Shown: positions 31,516 to 41,788 of the stretch, piece by piece
Layout of the letters: the number at the start of each line of letters is the position of its first letter
How positions within the stretch are numbered: position 1 is the stretch's first letter
Assembly: GCA_963765495.1 (NCBI GenBank)
Contig: CAVXWP010000007.1
Location: 64,001-128,000 of the forward strand
DNA from: Blastocatellia bacterium
Lineage (GTDB): Bacteria > Acidobacteriota > Blastocatellia > UBA7656
Direction: 5' to 3'
Length of the DNA stretch: 64,000 nucleotides
Translations under genes and position numbers: made by a program
The notes under the pieces: generated by a model
Seen by the model: only the letters and a program-made list of their open reading frames with translations
What the model was told of the DNA's origin: nothing
Databases searched by the model: none

Positions 31516-31722
31516 ATGGCAGATAGAATTATAGAAGAGCATGTAGTGCACAGCGATGGCGGGTCGGGAGGCGCGCTTACGGCGCTTGCAGTGATGTTGT
31601 TTATTCTGGTCCTGGTCGCGGTGCTTTATTTTACGGGTACCTTTGGACGCATGTTCGGCTCCAAGGACACAAAGATTGACGTTAATATCAACAAGCCGGG
31701 CGTTGTTCTTCAACTCAGGTAA
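31516..31722 (+). CDS. Small single-pass membrane protein
   Basis: GGAGG RBS; Gly linker, one TM helix, C-terminal KIDVNINKP. Confidence 0.75.
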   Translation: MADRIIEEHVVHSDGGSGGALTALAVMLFILVLVAVLYFTGTFGRMFGSKDTKIDVNINKPGVVLQLR

Positions 31723-31829
31723 ACGGAAAACCAGACAGAGCAGAAGGGGTAGCCGTGAGATGTGCGCGAGGGGGTCGTTCCCGTATGACCATTTCCTGCG
31801 GGAACGTTTCTCTCGCTTTAGGCTTCAGC

Positions 31830-32954
31830 TTAAAGCTTCAGTCGGCTCAAAAACTCCTGGTTGTTGCGCGTTTCAGCCAGCCCCTTGAGCAGTGTCTCCA
31901 TAGCGTCTACGGAATTCTTGCCCGCAAGCGCGCGGCGCAGCAGGTAAATGCCCGGCAAATCGTCCGAGTTAAATAATTTTTCTTCTTTTCGAGTGCCCGA
32001 TTTTGAAATATCAATGGCAGGAAAGATGCGGCGTTCGGCCAGGCGACGGTCTAACACGATTTCCAGATTTCCCGTGCCTTTGAACTCCTGAAAGATCACT
32101 TCATCCATCTGGCTGCCCGTGTCTATAAGCGCGGTGCCCATGATGGTGAGCGAGCCGCCGCCTTCGGCATTGCGGGCCGCGCCAAAAAACTTTCGCGGAA
32201 ATTCGAGCGCGCGCGAATCGACGCCGCCGCTCATGGTGCGGCCCCGGCGGCTCGTCTCTCTGTTTGATGCCCGCGCAAGCCGTGTGATCGAATCGAGCAG
32301 GAGCACGACATCGCGCCCGCATTCGACCATGCGTTTTACTCGTTCGAGCACGAGTCGCGCAATCTGTAAATGCAGATCGGAACCCTGATCGGCCGATGAA
32401 GCTGTGACCTCGCCGCGCACTCTGCGTTTCAGATGAGTGACCTCTTCCGGGCGCTCATCTATCAGCAGCACGGCCAGATGGATGTCGGGATGATTGTTTG
32501 CGACCGCTTCGGCGATCTCTTCTATGATCGTGGTCTTTCCTGTCTTTGGCGGCGCTACGATCAGGCCGCGCTGCCCTTTGCCTATCGGCGCTATCAGATC
32601 AAGCACGCGCATCGACATATTATCGTTGCCTGCCGAAAGCTCAAGCCTCTCGGTAGGGTCAATGCTTACGAGCTGACTGAAATCAGCAATCCTTGCGTAC
32701 TCATCGGGGCTTACTCCGTTGATCTCTTCTACGGCGGTCATCTGATCCGATTGCTTCGCGCCACGCCCGTTTTGCGAAGGGCTGGCCTCGCCAATTACCT
32801 GCACGCCCTCGCGCAGGGAAAATTTCTGAATCAGATTGCGTGAAACGAATATATCATTCTGGCCGGGAAGGTAGTTGTTTTCCGATTGTCTTAAAAATCC
32901 AAATCCTTTTTCATTGATTTCGAGAACGCCCGAAGCGCGTTGTTCAGATTCCAT
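31830..32954 (-). CDS. rho: Transcription termination factor Rho (short form)
   Basis: GFGFLR, PIGKGQRGLIVAPPKTGKT, LIDERPEEVT, EFKGTGN and SGTRKEE. Confidence 0.93.
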   Translation of the reverse strand: MESEQRASGVLEINEKGFGFLRQSENNYLPGQNDIFVSRNLIQKFSLREGVQVIGEASPSQNGRGAKQSDQMTAVEEINGVSPDEYARIADFSQLVSIDPTERLELSAGNDNMSMRVLDLIAPIGKGQRGLIVAPPKTGKTTIIEEIAEAVANNHPDIHLAVLLIDERPEEVTHLKRRVRGEVTASSADQGSDLHLQIARLVLERVKRMVECGRDVVLLLDSITRLARASNRETSRRGRTMSGGVDSRALEFPRKFFGAARNAEGGGSLTIMGTALIDTGSQMDEVIFQEFKGTGNLEIVLDRRLAERRIFPAIDISKSGTRKEEKLFNSDDLPGIYLLRRALAGKNSVDAMETLLKGLAETRNNQEFLSRLKL

Positions 32955-32973
32955 ATTATCTCCGTGTGTTAAT

Positions 32974-33066
32974 TGGTGGTCGGGGGTCGGGGGTCAGTCA
33001 TCCGGCGATACCTGGTATTGAGATTCCCAATTACCAGTAATCACCGACCACTGACCACCGACCACT
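32974..33066. repeat. Inverted heptamer arrays GGTCGGG/GGTCAGT ... ACCGACC/ACTGACC
   Basis: Fills the recQ-rho spacer. Confidence 0.8.
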
Positions 33067-33071
33067 GTTTA

Positions 33072-35372
33072 TCAATGGGGCAGCTCGAGCATAACCTCCT
33101 GGCGGCTCATCATAACCTCGCGACCGAAATCCGTGAGGTCCACTGTAGGATAAGCGCCGTGCTCAACCTTGATGCAGTCTGCGCCGATCAGCGCCTTGAT
33201 AAACGAGGTGATCTCGTCCTGTGTCATGTTTTTGAGCAGACCGTAAGTAGACAGCTTGTTCAAATCGTTTTGAAGCACCTGTTTCGATGTAGAGCCGCGC
33301 AGCACCGCCGCGACCGTCCCTTTCCCAAACCGATTCTTCAACCGGGCGACGCAACTGAGTATCTTCTTGACTACGACAAGCTCGGCTTCGTTCAGATGCC
33401 GCGCTCCTTCCTGCCTGTCGTCCGAGCCCAGAGCCGTTTTTGCTGATCCTGTTTTTGCTGATCCCGGTTTAACTCCCTCGGCTTTGGCTGAACGCTCGGC
33501 CCGCCTGCGGAGATCGGCCCGTAGCTCTGCTCCCGTGGGCGCGTGATCAATTATGAAATTATCGAGCGCGGTCGCATCACCTATCTTCCGCGACTCTGAC
33601 GACCGGCCAAGGGTCAGAGTGCCCGCGGGCAGTCTGGTCCCCGTGCTCGTCTCTGATGCATCCAGATAGGAACCGGCATCGGGCGCGCAGCCGGAGCAGG
33701 TGCCGCAGTTTCCAAGATGCTTACGGTCTCCGAAGTAATTCAGGATGAAACGGCGCAGGCAGCCCTTATGGTAACAGAAATCAATCATCCTGCGTAGCTT
33801 CCACTGTTCGGCGGCGGCGCGCGCGGCCAGTTCCTTCTTATCTATCCTGAGCGCGCGGGCCGGTTGCTCATCGAGCAGCCGTATTCCGCGTCCCTGATAG
33901 ACGTTGCGGTAAGTGATAAGCCCTCGCGCCGAAAGACGCGAGAGCGCGCCTCGCGTCTGGGCCTCGCTCAGCCCCAGCACAGCCGAGATGGTATTGAGAT
34001 CAAGCTCGGTCGCTTCGCGTTCGTTGATGTTGCGATTAAAGATCAGGTCGCGAATGACGCCGCCTTCGTTCGTATCATCGGGCACGGCTTCGAGCGCCTT
34101 ATCGACGGGCACGGCCATCCAGGCGAGAAGCGTGGCGTCAGACGAGCGCCCGCGCTCTATGTGACCCGACTTCTCTAAAACCACGAGCGCCGAATATATC
34201 GACATGTCGTTTTTGATGCCGACTCGCTGGGCTATCTCGCGCGCTGACAACTCGATGCTTTGAGTGCCGAGCGAGGCGATTTCCTGATAGATGCGGCCTA
34301 TCAGTTCGGGCGGCGGGTGGCTGCCTTCTATGAAAAACTGCTGGGTTCGCGTGTCGGCATAATTGAAGAGCAGCGCGCAATCGGCTGGCAGCCCGTCGCG
34401 TCCTGCGCGGCCTACCTCCTGATAGTAAGCCTCTATCGAACCGGGCAGGTGGAAATGGACCACGAAACGTATGTCCGATTTATCAATCCCCATCCCGAAG
34501 GCATTCGTCGCCACTATGGCCTGCGACTGCCCGGTCATGAATCGATCCTGCGCGGCAGTGCGCTCGGCCTCTTCCATGCCGGCGTGGTATGCCTCTATGC
34601 TGAGGTCCATCATCTTGAGCTTCGCCGATATTTGCTCGACGCTCTTGCGCGTGGCGGCATAGATGATGCCCGAGCCCGAAGAGGCGGTGATGATGTTTTT
34701 GAGCGTAGCGAGTTTCTCTTTTTCGGTCGAGGTGTGGACGACTCTGAGCGCCAGATTGGGACGGTCGAAACCGGCTACGAAGACGCGCGGGTCGGTCAGG
34801 CCGAGTTGCTCGCTGATGTCGGCGCGGACCTGCTGGGTCGCGGTTGCGGTGAGCGCGATCACCTGCGGGCGGCCCAGTTGCTCTACGGCCTCTTTGAGCT
34901 TGAGGTAATCGGGTCTGAAATCGTGTCCCCAGTGCGATATGCAATGGGCTTCGTCAACGGCGAAAAGCTTTACCTTGACCTCCGAAATCGTCTGGGTGAA
35001 GGCCTCGCTTCGGAAACGTTCGGGCGCGATATAGATCAGTTTATACAGCCCCCGGCGTATCTCGCTCAGCCGCCGGTTTGCCTCCGCGTAGGTGAGAGAA
35101 CTGTTTATAAAAGTGGTGGGAATTCTTCGCGATGCGAGTTGATCGACCTGATCCTTCATGAGCGCGATGAGCGGAGAGACCACAAGCGTCACGCCCTCAA
35201 TCATCATCGCGGGCAACTGGAAACAGAGCGATTTGCCGCCGCCCGTAGGCATGACGACTACCGCATCCTGACCACCGAGAACGGCCTCGATGACCTCGGC
35301 TTGCCCTTCGCGAAAATCTGTAAATCCGAAGTGTTCGAGTAGAGCCTCGCGTGCTCTGCCAACTTCGCTCAA
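33072..35372 (-). CDS. recQ: RecQ family ATP-dependent DNA helicase
   Basis: MPTGGGKS, DEAHCISHWGHDFRP, ATNAFGMGID, QEVGRAGRDG, Zn Cys cluster and RQC-like C-terminus. Confidence 0.93.
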   Translation of the reverse strand: MSEVGRAREALLEHFGFTDFREGQAEVIEAVLGGQDAVVVMPTGGGKSLCFQLPAMMIEGVTLVVSPLIALMKDQVDQLASRRIPTTFINSSLTYAEANRRLSEIRRGLYKLIYIAPERFRSEAFTQTISEVKVKLFAVDEAHCISHWGHDFRPDYLKLKEAVEQLGRPQVIALTATATQQVRADISEQLGLTDPRVFVAGFDRPNLALRVVHTSTEKEKLATLKNIITASSGSGIIYAATRKSVEQISAKLKMMDLSIEAYHAGMEEAERTAAQDRFMTGQSQAIVATNAFGMGIDKSDIRFVVHFHLPGSIEAYYQEVGRAGRDGLPADCALLFNYADTRTQQFFIEGSHPPPELIGRIYQEIASLGTQSIELSAREIAQRVGIKNDMSIYSALVVLEKSGHIERGRSSDATLLAWMAVPVDKALEAVPDDTNEGGVIRDLIFNRNINEREATELDLNTISAVLGLSEAQTRGALSRLSARGLITYRNVYQGRGIRLLDEQPARALRIDKKELAARAAAEQWKLRRMIDFCYHKGCLRRFILNYFGDRKHLGNCGTCSGCAPDAGSYLDASETSTGTRLPAGTLTLGRSSESRKIGDATALDNFIIDHAPTGAELRADLRRRAERSAKAEGVKPGSAKTGSAKTALGSDDRQEGARHLNEAELVVVKKILSCVARLKNRFGKGTVAAVLRGSTSKQVLQNDLNKLSTYGLLKNMTQDEITSFIKALIGADCIKVEHGAYPTVDLTDFGREVMMSRQEVMLELPH

Positions 35373-35854
35373 GTGGAAACCCTCACATCTGTTCTAATTC
35401 AAGCGGGGTAAACTGTTCAGCAGTCTCTTTGCTAAGCTAGAAAGATAGCATACGGGCGGCTCGTTTCTCAAATTCAGCGGAAGTACACGACGCTGCGCCC
35501 ACTTCCATTCGATCTGGTTAGAACGGTACTTTAACAATCACGACCGTGTGATCCTTGCGGCTCGGCTCTATACGAACCCTGCCACCGAGCGATACGGCTC
35601 GCTCCGAGATCGAACGCGGGGTAAATCGCGCGGACGTGGCCGGGGCTGCGCCGTCTGCCTATCATATCATTGCGAAAATGGAGCGGAACGGTGACAAACG
35701 AAATTGCCTCAAACAGATTCGCGCGAAGACGCAAAGCCGCAAAGTACGCAAAGGTTCTTCATCGGGCGATCAGTAATTTCCTGCGATCTCGGCAGGTCAA
35801 TCTGAGAATTATTTAGCCCCGGGGCCTGACCCTATCAGGCATAGTAAAAGAATG

Positions 35855-36262
35855 CTACTGCTTTGCAATCAAGAGTGTAGCAATGTAATAACCTTTACTT
35901 GTAATGGTTTCGGCTTTTGGTCGAGGGTCCAGCTTGACCAGTGTAATCCTGTATTGCTTGTAGTCAACCTCTTTTGGTTCCGTAGTCGTGTTTAGTTGAG
36001 CAGAAACCGTCTCGCTATCGCTTTTCGTGGCTTTGACAGTTATCTTTGCGTTGCCGGCCCAGATGCAATCGACGCCTTCGGGACAACGCGAATCTTCATC
36101 TACAGAATTGAATCCGATCACAAGCCCCTCGCCCTTAATCAAGGCATTCTGGCCTATTTTCAGTTCGAACTCCTTGTTCAGAGAGATCGTCTTCACATCG
36201 CAATTCTGCTGCGCGAACCCTATAAGGAGCGCAAATAGCATCAGGGTTATAGTCATCGCCAT
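35855..36262 (-). CDS. Secreted hypothetical protein (DSRCP..CIWAG motif)
   Basis: Hydrophobic N-terminus and EDSRCPEGVDCIWAGNA. Confidence 0.7.
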   Translation of the reverse strand: MAMTITLMLFALLIGFAQQNCDVKTISLNKEFELKIGQNALIKGEGLVIGFNSVDEDSRCPEGVDCIWAGNAKITVKATKSDSETVSAQLNTTTEPKEVDYKQYRITLVKLDPRPKAETITSKGYYIATLLIAKQ

Positions 36263-36370
36263 GGTTGCCGCCTTCCGGGCTGTCCGGGCTGATAGAATCA
36301 ATCGCCTGTTGAGCAGACGCTTCTCTAAAAGAATAGGCTCACCCGGGCGCAGGGGCAAGCGAGGCGGCGG

Positions 36371-36402
36371 AAAAAAGGGCGAAGCCCATACAGGGTTCGC
36401 CC
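36371..36402 (-). terminator. Rho-independent terminator
   Basis: GGGCGAA..TTCGCCC stem plus T6 on the minus strand after the GT2 gene. Confidence 0.6.
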
Positions 36403-36461
36403 GCAATAGACATATCCCGATTCCTGACAATTCGCGTGATTGGTAACCGGCTTCCCCGGCA

Positions 36462-37208
36462 TCAGCGCTTCAAGCGGAGGGCCAGAAACAGCGCGGGGCG
36501 GAAAATTTTCCACCAGTCAACAAGCGCCCGCATCTTTGTATAAGCCATCCCGTCGGCCTTCGGCGGATACTGTATCGTCACAGGCACTTCGATGACCTTA
36601 TATCCAAGCTTTAATGTCTTGAACAACAGATACGGCTCCAATTCATAACGATCCAACCAGTCCTGCCATAAATCTATTCGCCGGTCTTTAAACAGCGAGA
36701 CTCTCATGGCGCGAAATCCGCTTGATGCGTCGGTGACTTTTCGACCTGCCAGAAGCGAAAAAAGCGTGGTGTAAGCCCGGGTTCCCAGTCGTCGGCGAAA
36801 AGGCATGCGCAGGAACTCGCCGCCCTCTTTGTAACGCGAACCCTGAGCCAGATCGGCTTCGCCTCTGATTACCGGGTCCACGAGTCGCGGTATCTGTTCG
36901 GGCGGGGTCTTGCCGCCTCCCGATACCACTACCACGATTTCATAGCCGTGCTCTATCGCGTAATCGATTCCGCTGCGTATCGCCGCGCCCACTCCTCGAT
37001 TGCCGTGACTGCGGATGACAACGGCCCCGGCCGATTCGGCCAGATCAGCGGTGTCGTCGGTCGAGCCGTCATCGACGACGACGGTCGTTTCAACAGCCTC
37101 GGCGGGCACTGCGGCCACGACTCGTTTTATGCGCTCGCCTTCGTTCCAGGCAGGCGCTACGCACAGCACGCGGGGATGCTCTAATACGTGCGCTTTGACC
37201 GCGTTCAC
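36462..37208 (-). CDS. GT2 glycosyltransferase (polyprenol-phosphate glycosyltransferase-like)
   Basis: APAWNE, VDDGSTD, NRGVG and DASSGFRA. GTG 37208 overlaps the epimerase stop (GTGA); ATG 37241 is an alternative start. Confidence 0.88.
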   Translation of the reverse strand: MNAVKAHVLEHPRVLCVAPAWNEGERIKRVVAAVPAEAVETTVVVDDGSTDDTADLAESAGAVVIRSHGNRGVGAAIRSGIDYAIEHGYEIVVVVSGGGKTPPEQIPRLVDPVIRGEADLAQGSRYKEGGEFLRMPFRRRLGTRAYTTLFSLLAGRKVTDASSGFRAMRVSLFKDRRIDLWQDWLDRYELEPYLLFKTLKLGYKVIEVPVTIQYPPKADGMAYTKMRALVDWWKIFRPALFLALRLKR

Positions 37209-38182
37209 GCGGATGTCTGGTTCATGTGCTCGTTTAGCCATTCGTATGTTCGCCTCAAACCCTGCTCTACGGTTATGCTGGGAACCCATCGCAGTTCGCG
37301 TCTTATTTTTTCGATGTTCACAACGCGACGCCGGATGTTATCAATATCACGGCGGTCAACATAAACGGGTTGCACCCCGGCTCCGGCGATTTCGATTATC
37401 ATTCGCGCCAGTTGATTTATAGTCGTTTCGCGCCCGGTTCCCACATTATAAACCTGGCCGTCGGCCTTGGCCGCAAAGGCCGCAAGCAGGGTAGCTTCTA
37501 CCACATCGTCGATGTATGTGAAATCGCGGGTCTGCTCGCCGTCTCCGTGTATGCGGGGAGCGGTGCCCGCCATCGCGGATTCAAAGAATTTCGACACAAC
37601 TCCGCAATAAGGATTATCGGGTCGCTGCCGCACGCCAAAGACGTTGGAGTACCTGACGACGGCGGTCGAAAGACCGTAGCTTTCATAAAAAGCCTTACAA
37701 TAATTTTCGCCCGCAAATTTCGAGACCGCGTAAGGGCTGAGCATATTCGTGGCGTCGTCTTCATTGATTGGCAGGTATCGGGGATTGCCGTAAACCGAGG
37801 CCGATGAGGAATAGACTACGCGGCGGATGCCAAGCTCGCGCGCGGCGAGCAAAACATTCAGAGTGCCGCCGATGTTGACCTCGTAATCTTCGCGAGGGTT
37901 GCGAGTAGAGACTATGATATTGCGCGCGGCCTCGTGAATTATTATGTCAGCGTCCTTGACTGTCCGGCGAACAAGTTCGAAATCCGTAACCGAGCCGCGA
38001 ATGATCTGAAGCGACGGATGAGATGAAGGCAGATTGTCTTCCATGCCGGTGTAAAAATCGTCCAGCACTATTACCGAGGCTCCATCCGCAAGCAGACGGC
38101 CTACGATGTTTGAGCCTACGAAACCGGCCCCTCCCGTAACGACTATGCGCTGGCCTTCTACATTATCAGAGTATTTCATCAC
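37205..38182 (-). CDS. NAD-dependent epimerase/dehydratase
   Basis: VTGGAGFVGS, SSSASVYG, YAVSK and GDGEQTRDFTY. Confidence 0.93.
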   Translation of the reverse strand: MMKYSDNVEGQRIVVTGGAGFVGSNIVGRLLADGASVIVLDDFYTGMEDNLPSSHPSLQIIRGSVTDFELVRRTVKDADIIIHEAARNIIVSTRNPREDYEVNIGGTLNVLLAARELGIRRVVYSSSASVYGNPRYLPINEDDATNMLSPYAVSKFAGENYCKAFYESYGLSTAVVRYSNVFGVRQRPDNPYCGVVSKFFESAMAGTAPRIHGDGEQTRDFTYIDDVVEATLLAAFAAKADGQVYNVGTGRETTINQLARMIIEIAGAGVQPVYVDRRDIDNIRRRVVNIEKIRRELRWVPSITVEQGLRRTYEWLNEHMNQTSA

Positions 38183-38277
38183 TAATCCTTTAATATCTTA
38201 GAAAAACAGCTTCGTATAGGGGCTCGAAAAAAACTGACTCGGAAGGATACCTTATTTTGCTTCTACATTCCAATGGT

Positions 38278-38407
38278 GGGGGCCAGGGGCCGGGGGTCGG
38301 GGGCCGGTTATTGATGAATGTAATCGTTAACCCGGAAAACCAATCACGGCTAACATAGGTCTGCGAAAAGATGAAAACCGGCCCCCGACCCCCGGCCCCT
38401 GGCCCCC
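38278..38407. repeat. Perfect 32-bp inverted repeat made of GGGGCCR heptamers
   Basis: 38278-38309 is the exact reverse complement of 38376-38407. Confidence 0.92.
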
Positions 38408-38412
38408 GCCGA

Positions 38413-38421
38413 TGCTATAAT
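38413..38421 (+). promoter_or_regulatory. Extended -10 promoter (leaderless hemW mRNA)
   Basis: TGCTATAAT ends 6 nt before GTG 38428; no SD sequence. Confidence 0.6.
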
Positions 38422-38427
38422 CTCAGA

Positions 38428-39609
38428 GTGAGAAAACAGGCAGGCATCTATGTTCATATCCCTTTTTGTGAGCGGAAGTGCACCTATTGCAATTTCAACA
38501 CCACTGATTTTTTTGAAGGGCTGGCTGCGCGCTACGTCGAGGCCGTCTCGCGCGAAATCGCTTACTGGGGCCGCCGCCTTGCCGAGCGTGACGCGTGCGG
38601 ACGCGTTATCATTGATACGATTTTTTTCGGAGGCGGCACGCCTTCCATAATCGAGGCCGGTCAACTGGGCACACTCATCCAGGCTTGCCGCGAAGCATTC
38701 GAAGTCACGCCTGACGCCGAAATCACCATTGAAATAAACCCGGGCACTTTTTCGCCCGAAAAGTTTGCCCGATGGCGCAAGGAGGGCATCAATCGCGCAA
38801 GCATAGGCGTTCAGTCTTTTATCGATCGTGAGCTTGTCGCGCTCAGCCGCACCCACACGAGCCGGGACGCCCGTCGAACGATTCTCAAATTGCGCGAGGC
38901 GGGTTTCGAGAACATCAGCCTCGATCTGATAGCCGGGCTTCCCGATCAAACTCTGACCGACTGGGAATTCAATCTGAGTGAGGCGCTCAAACTCGACCCC
39001 GAACACCTGTCGCTTTATCTGCTCGAAGTAAAGGAAGGGACTCAATTATTCGCGCAGATAAAGCGAGGACAGCGCCCGCGCCCTGATGACGACCTGGCGG
39101 CGGAGATGTATCGTATGATCTCGGCTGCGACGCGAGCTTCGGGGTACGAGCATTATGAAATCTCGAATTTTGCCGTCATTGCCGGTAATCGAAAATCATC
39201 GCTTGCTTCATACCGGTCTAAACATAATATGAAGTACTGGACCGGAGCGCCGTATTATGGCGTTGGATGCGGCGCGCATTCTTACGATGCGCGCTCGCGC
39301 CGGGTGAACGTATTGAAGACCGAAACCTATATCGACCGCATAGCCGCGCACAATCACGCGATTGGCGAAGAGCATCATCTGTCGAAAGAAGACCGGGCGG
39401 CAGAGGCGCTGTTTATGGGATTGCGCCTGACCGAGGGGATAAGCCTGATCGGGTTTCTCAGCGAGTACGGTATAAACATACGGGAGCGCTACGCGGATGA
39501 GTTATTGCGACTGGAAGAGGCTGGATTGATAGAATTCAGCGACGACCATATGAGATTAACCGGGCGGGGGCTGTTGTTGTCGAACGAGGTTTTTCAGGTG
39601 TTTGTCTGA
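38428..39609 (+). CDS. hemW: Radical SAM heme chaperone (HemN-like)
   Basis: YVHIPFCERKCTYCNF, FGGGTPS, HYEISNF and HNMKYW. Confidence 0.92.
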   Translation: MRKQAGIYVHIPFCERKCTYCNFNTTDFFEGLAARYVEAVSREIAYWGRRLAERDACGRVIIDTIFFGGGTPSIIEAGQLGTLIQACREAFEVTPDAEITIEINPGTFSPEKFARWRKEGINRASIGVQSFIDRELVALSRTHTSRDARRTILKLREAGFENISLDLIAGLPDQTLTDWEFNLSEALKLDPEHLSLYLLEVKEGTQLFAQIKRGQRPRPDDDLAAEMYRMISAATRASGYEHYEISNFAVIAGNRKSSLASYRSKHNMKYWTGAPYYGVGCGAHSYDARSRRVNVLKTETYIDRIAAHNHAIGEEHHLSKEDRAAEALFMGLRLTEGISLIGFLSEYGINIRERYADELLRLEEAGLIEFSDDHMRLTGRGLLLSNEVFQVFV

Positions 39610-39647
39610 ATAATATTTTTAACATCCATTCAGAAAGGGAGAAATTT

Positions 39648-39715
39648 GCCACAGAGACACAAAGGCACAGAGATTTTTTTGTAATCTTTTCTCTGTGTCT
39701 TTGTGCCTCTGTGGC
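39648..39715. repeat. Inverted octamer arrays CACAGAGR ... YCTCTGTG
   Basis: GCCACAGAGACACAAAGGCACAGAG ... CTCTGTGTCTTTGTGCCTCTGTGGC. Confidence 0.85.
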
Positions 39716-39803
39716 TGTTGCGAACTCTTCCAATCTTTGGGTTAGATAGACAGGCGAAAGAGAATCCTGTATATCCTTAACTCTCTTTTTTATTGGAGAA
39801 GCG

Positions 39804-40856
39804 ATGAACTTCATAGATTTGCGTAGCGACACCGTGACAAAGCCTACCGACGAGATGCGCGAGGCGATGGCTCGCGCCGAAGTCGGCGATGATGTTTATC
39901 TGGAAGATCCGACGGTGAATCGGCTGCAAGATATGGCCGCCGCAATGCTCGGCAAAGAGGCCGCGCTTTTCGTCCCCTCAGGTACGATGGGCAATCAGAT
40001 ATGCGTACGCCTGCACACCGAGCCCGGCCAGGAAGTTATCACCGAAGAACGCAGTCACATATTCAATTATGAGATGGCCGCGATGTCTGCCTTGAGCGGG
40101 ACTCTTGCACGCCCGGTTCGCGGGGCTGACGGGTTGCTTGATTGGCCCTCTATCGAAGCGTCAATTCGCCCGACGAGCGCATATTACATTGCGCAGACGG
40201 GTCTGGTTACGCTCGAAAACACTCACAACATGGCGGGCGGTTCCATTATGCCGCTTGAGCGCGTGGAAGAGATATGCGAGCGGGCGCACGAAGCGGGTCT
40301 CCCGGTGCATCTTGACGGCGCGCGGATATTCAACGCAAGCGCAAGCCTGGGGCGCGATGTCTCGGAGCTTGTTCGTCCCGTCGATTCCGTGATGTTTTGT
40401 TTGTCGAAAGGGCTCGGCGCGCCCGTAGGCTCTCTCATCGCGGGTTCACGCTCGTTCATCACACGCGCCATCGTAGTGCGGAAGATGTTTGGCGGAGGGA
40501 TGCGTCAGGCGGGCGTGCTTGCTGCCGCTGGCATTGTCGCGCTTGAACAGATGACCACCCGCCTCGCCGAAGACCACGCCAACGCGCAACTTCTCGCTCG
40601 CGGCGCGGCCGAAATTCCCGGCGTAACGATTGATCCCGAAAAGGCGCAGACCAACATAGTGATATTCGACATCGGCGGTACGAGCATAACGACTGCGGAA
40701 TTATCGGAAAGGCTCAAACAGCAAGGCATCCTTGCAAACGGGATCAGCCCGCGAGAGATGCGAATGGTCACTCACAAGGACGTGAGCCGTCAAGATTGCC
40801 AGGTGGCGCTCGATGTTATGAAGGAGATAATGAGTGATGCGCACAGTGATGCGTGA
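39804..40856 (+). CDS. ltaE: Low-specificity L-threonine aldolase
   Basis: [31 protein letters not shown] and [12 protein letters not shown]. Confidence 0.95.
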   Translation: MNFIDLRSDTVTKPTDEMREAMARAEVGDDVYLEDPTVNRLQDMAAAMLGKEAALFVPSGTMGNQICVRLHTEPGQEVITEERSHIFNYEMAAMSALSGTLARPVRGADGLLDWPSIEASIRPTSAYYIAQTGLVTLENTHNMAGGSIMPLERVEEICERAHEAGLPVHLDGARIFNASASLGRDVSELVRPVDSVMFCLSKGLGAPVGSLIAGSRSFITRAIVVRKMFGGGMRQAGVLAAAGIVALEQMTTRLAEDHANAQLLARGAAEIPGVTIDPEKAQTNIVIFDIGGTSITTAELSERLKQQGILANGISPREMRMVTHKDVSRQDCQVALDVMKEIMSDAHSDA

Positions 40857-40941
40857 TCCGTGATTCGTGATTTAGCAGACTTGCAAGTTGTTATTGACAG
40901 GCAAGCTTCCTGAAAATCACGGATCACGCATCACGCATCAC
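40846..40941 (+). repeat. Inverted GTGATNC heptamer arrays with conserved core (copy C)
   Basis: The left arm contains the ltaE stop; core TAGCAGACTTGCAAGTTGTTATTGACAGGCAAGCTTCCTGAAA. Confidence 0.88.
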
Positions 40942-40950
40942 TCTACACTT

Positions 40951-41619
40951 ATGAACAGACTTGTAATCGCTATTGACGGACCATCGGGCGCGGGCAAAAG
41001 CACCGTAGGCAAGGCGCTGGCTCGGCGGTTCGGGTACCTCTATATTGATTCGGGAGCTATCTATCGCGCGGTAGGCCGCAAGGCGCTTGACCGGGGCGTC
41101 TCTCTTGATGACGAGGCGGCGCTCGCTCGTCTTGCGCGCGAATCGGATATAAGACTCGAAGGCGACCCCGACCACCTGCGTGTCTTTCTGGACGGGCGCG
41201 ATGTCACAGCAGAAATCCGCCTGCCGGAGGCAAGCCGCGCTGCTTCCGTGGTTGCGACCCTCGCCGAAGTGCGCGAGGCCGTGGTCGAAAAGCTCCGAGA
41301 GATGAGCCGCGCAGGCGGCGTAGTGATGGACGGGCGCGATATCGGCACAAAGGTTTTTCCCCACGCGCAGGTGAAGGTCTTCCTCGATGCTTCGTTAGAG
41401 GTGCGTGCGCGCAGGCGATGGGATGAAGAGACGGCTCGCGGGCGCGCGGTCGAGGTCCGGCAGGTGAGCGCCGAGCTTGAAGACCGCGACCGCCGAGACC
41501 GTGAGCGTCAGGCGACCCCACTTGCAAAGGCCGAGGATGCTATCTTTTTAGATACTTCCGACCTCTCTTTGGACCGCGTAATTGACCGCGTGCTTGAAAT
41601 TGTCCAATCGCGCAGCTAA
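40951..41619 (+). CDS. cmk: Cytidylate kinase
   Basis: IAIDGPSGAGKST, DSGAIYR and VMDGRDIGT. Confidence 0.95.
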   Translation: MNRLVIAIDGPSGAGKSTVGKALARRFGYLYIDSGAIYRAVGRKALDRGVSLDDEAALARLARESDIRLEGDPDHLRVFLDGRDVTAEIRLPEASRAASVVATLAEVREAVVEKLREMSRAGGVVMDGRDIGTKVFPHAQVKVFLDASLEVRARRRWDEETARGRAVEVRQVSAELEDRDRRDRERQATPLAKAEDAIFLDTSDLSLDRVIDRVLEIVQSRS

Positions 41620-41788
41620 ACTTCTTATCGCTTTTGTCGGTACGCTTGGAAAATCTACCACTTCTCACTCGGTAACGAACTGAGATTGAAAAGAGAGTTT
41701 GTCACTGTATCTGCGCTAAAGAACGCGCTCGACCCGCAAGCAGTCCGGAGGGAATATTCACGGGCGCTCCTCGCATCATGAAAATTAT

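Noticed and set aside
35400-35850. Structured ncRNA (6S, SRP, tmRNA) in the recQ upstream gap
   Set aside because: No recognisable conserved motifs; only an unpaired CGCAAAG array at 35720-35753.
38371-38427. N-terminal extensions of hemW, cmk (40888) and Omp85 (48226) in the ORF track
   Set aside because: They are translations of repeat arms or REP DNA (e.g. PRPPAPGPR, SRITHH), and better starts lie downstream.
41620-41788. FMN riboswitch upstream of ribE-ribBA
   Set aside because: The conserved RFN segments (AGGGCGGGGTGAAATTCCC.ACCG and related) are not present.
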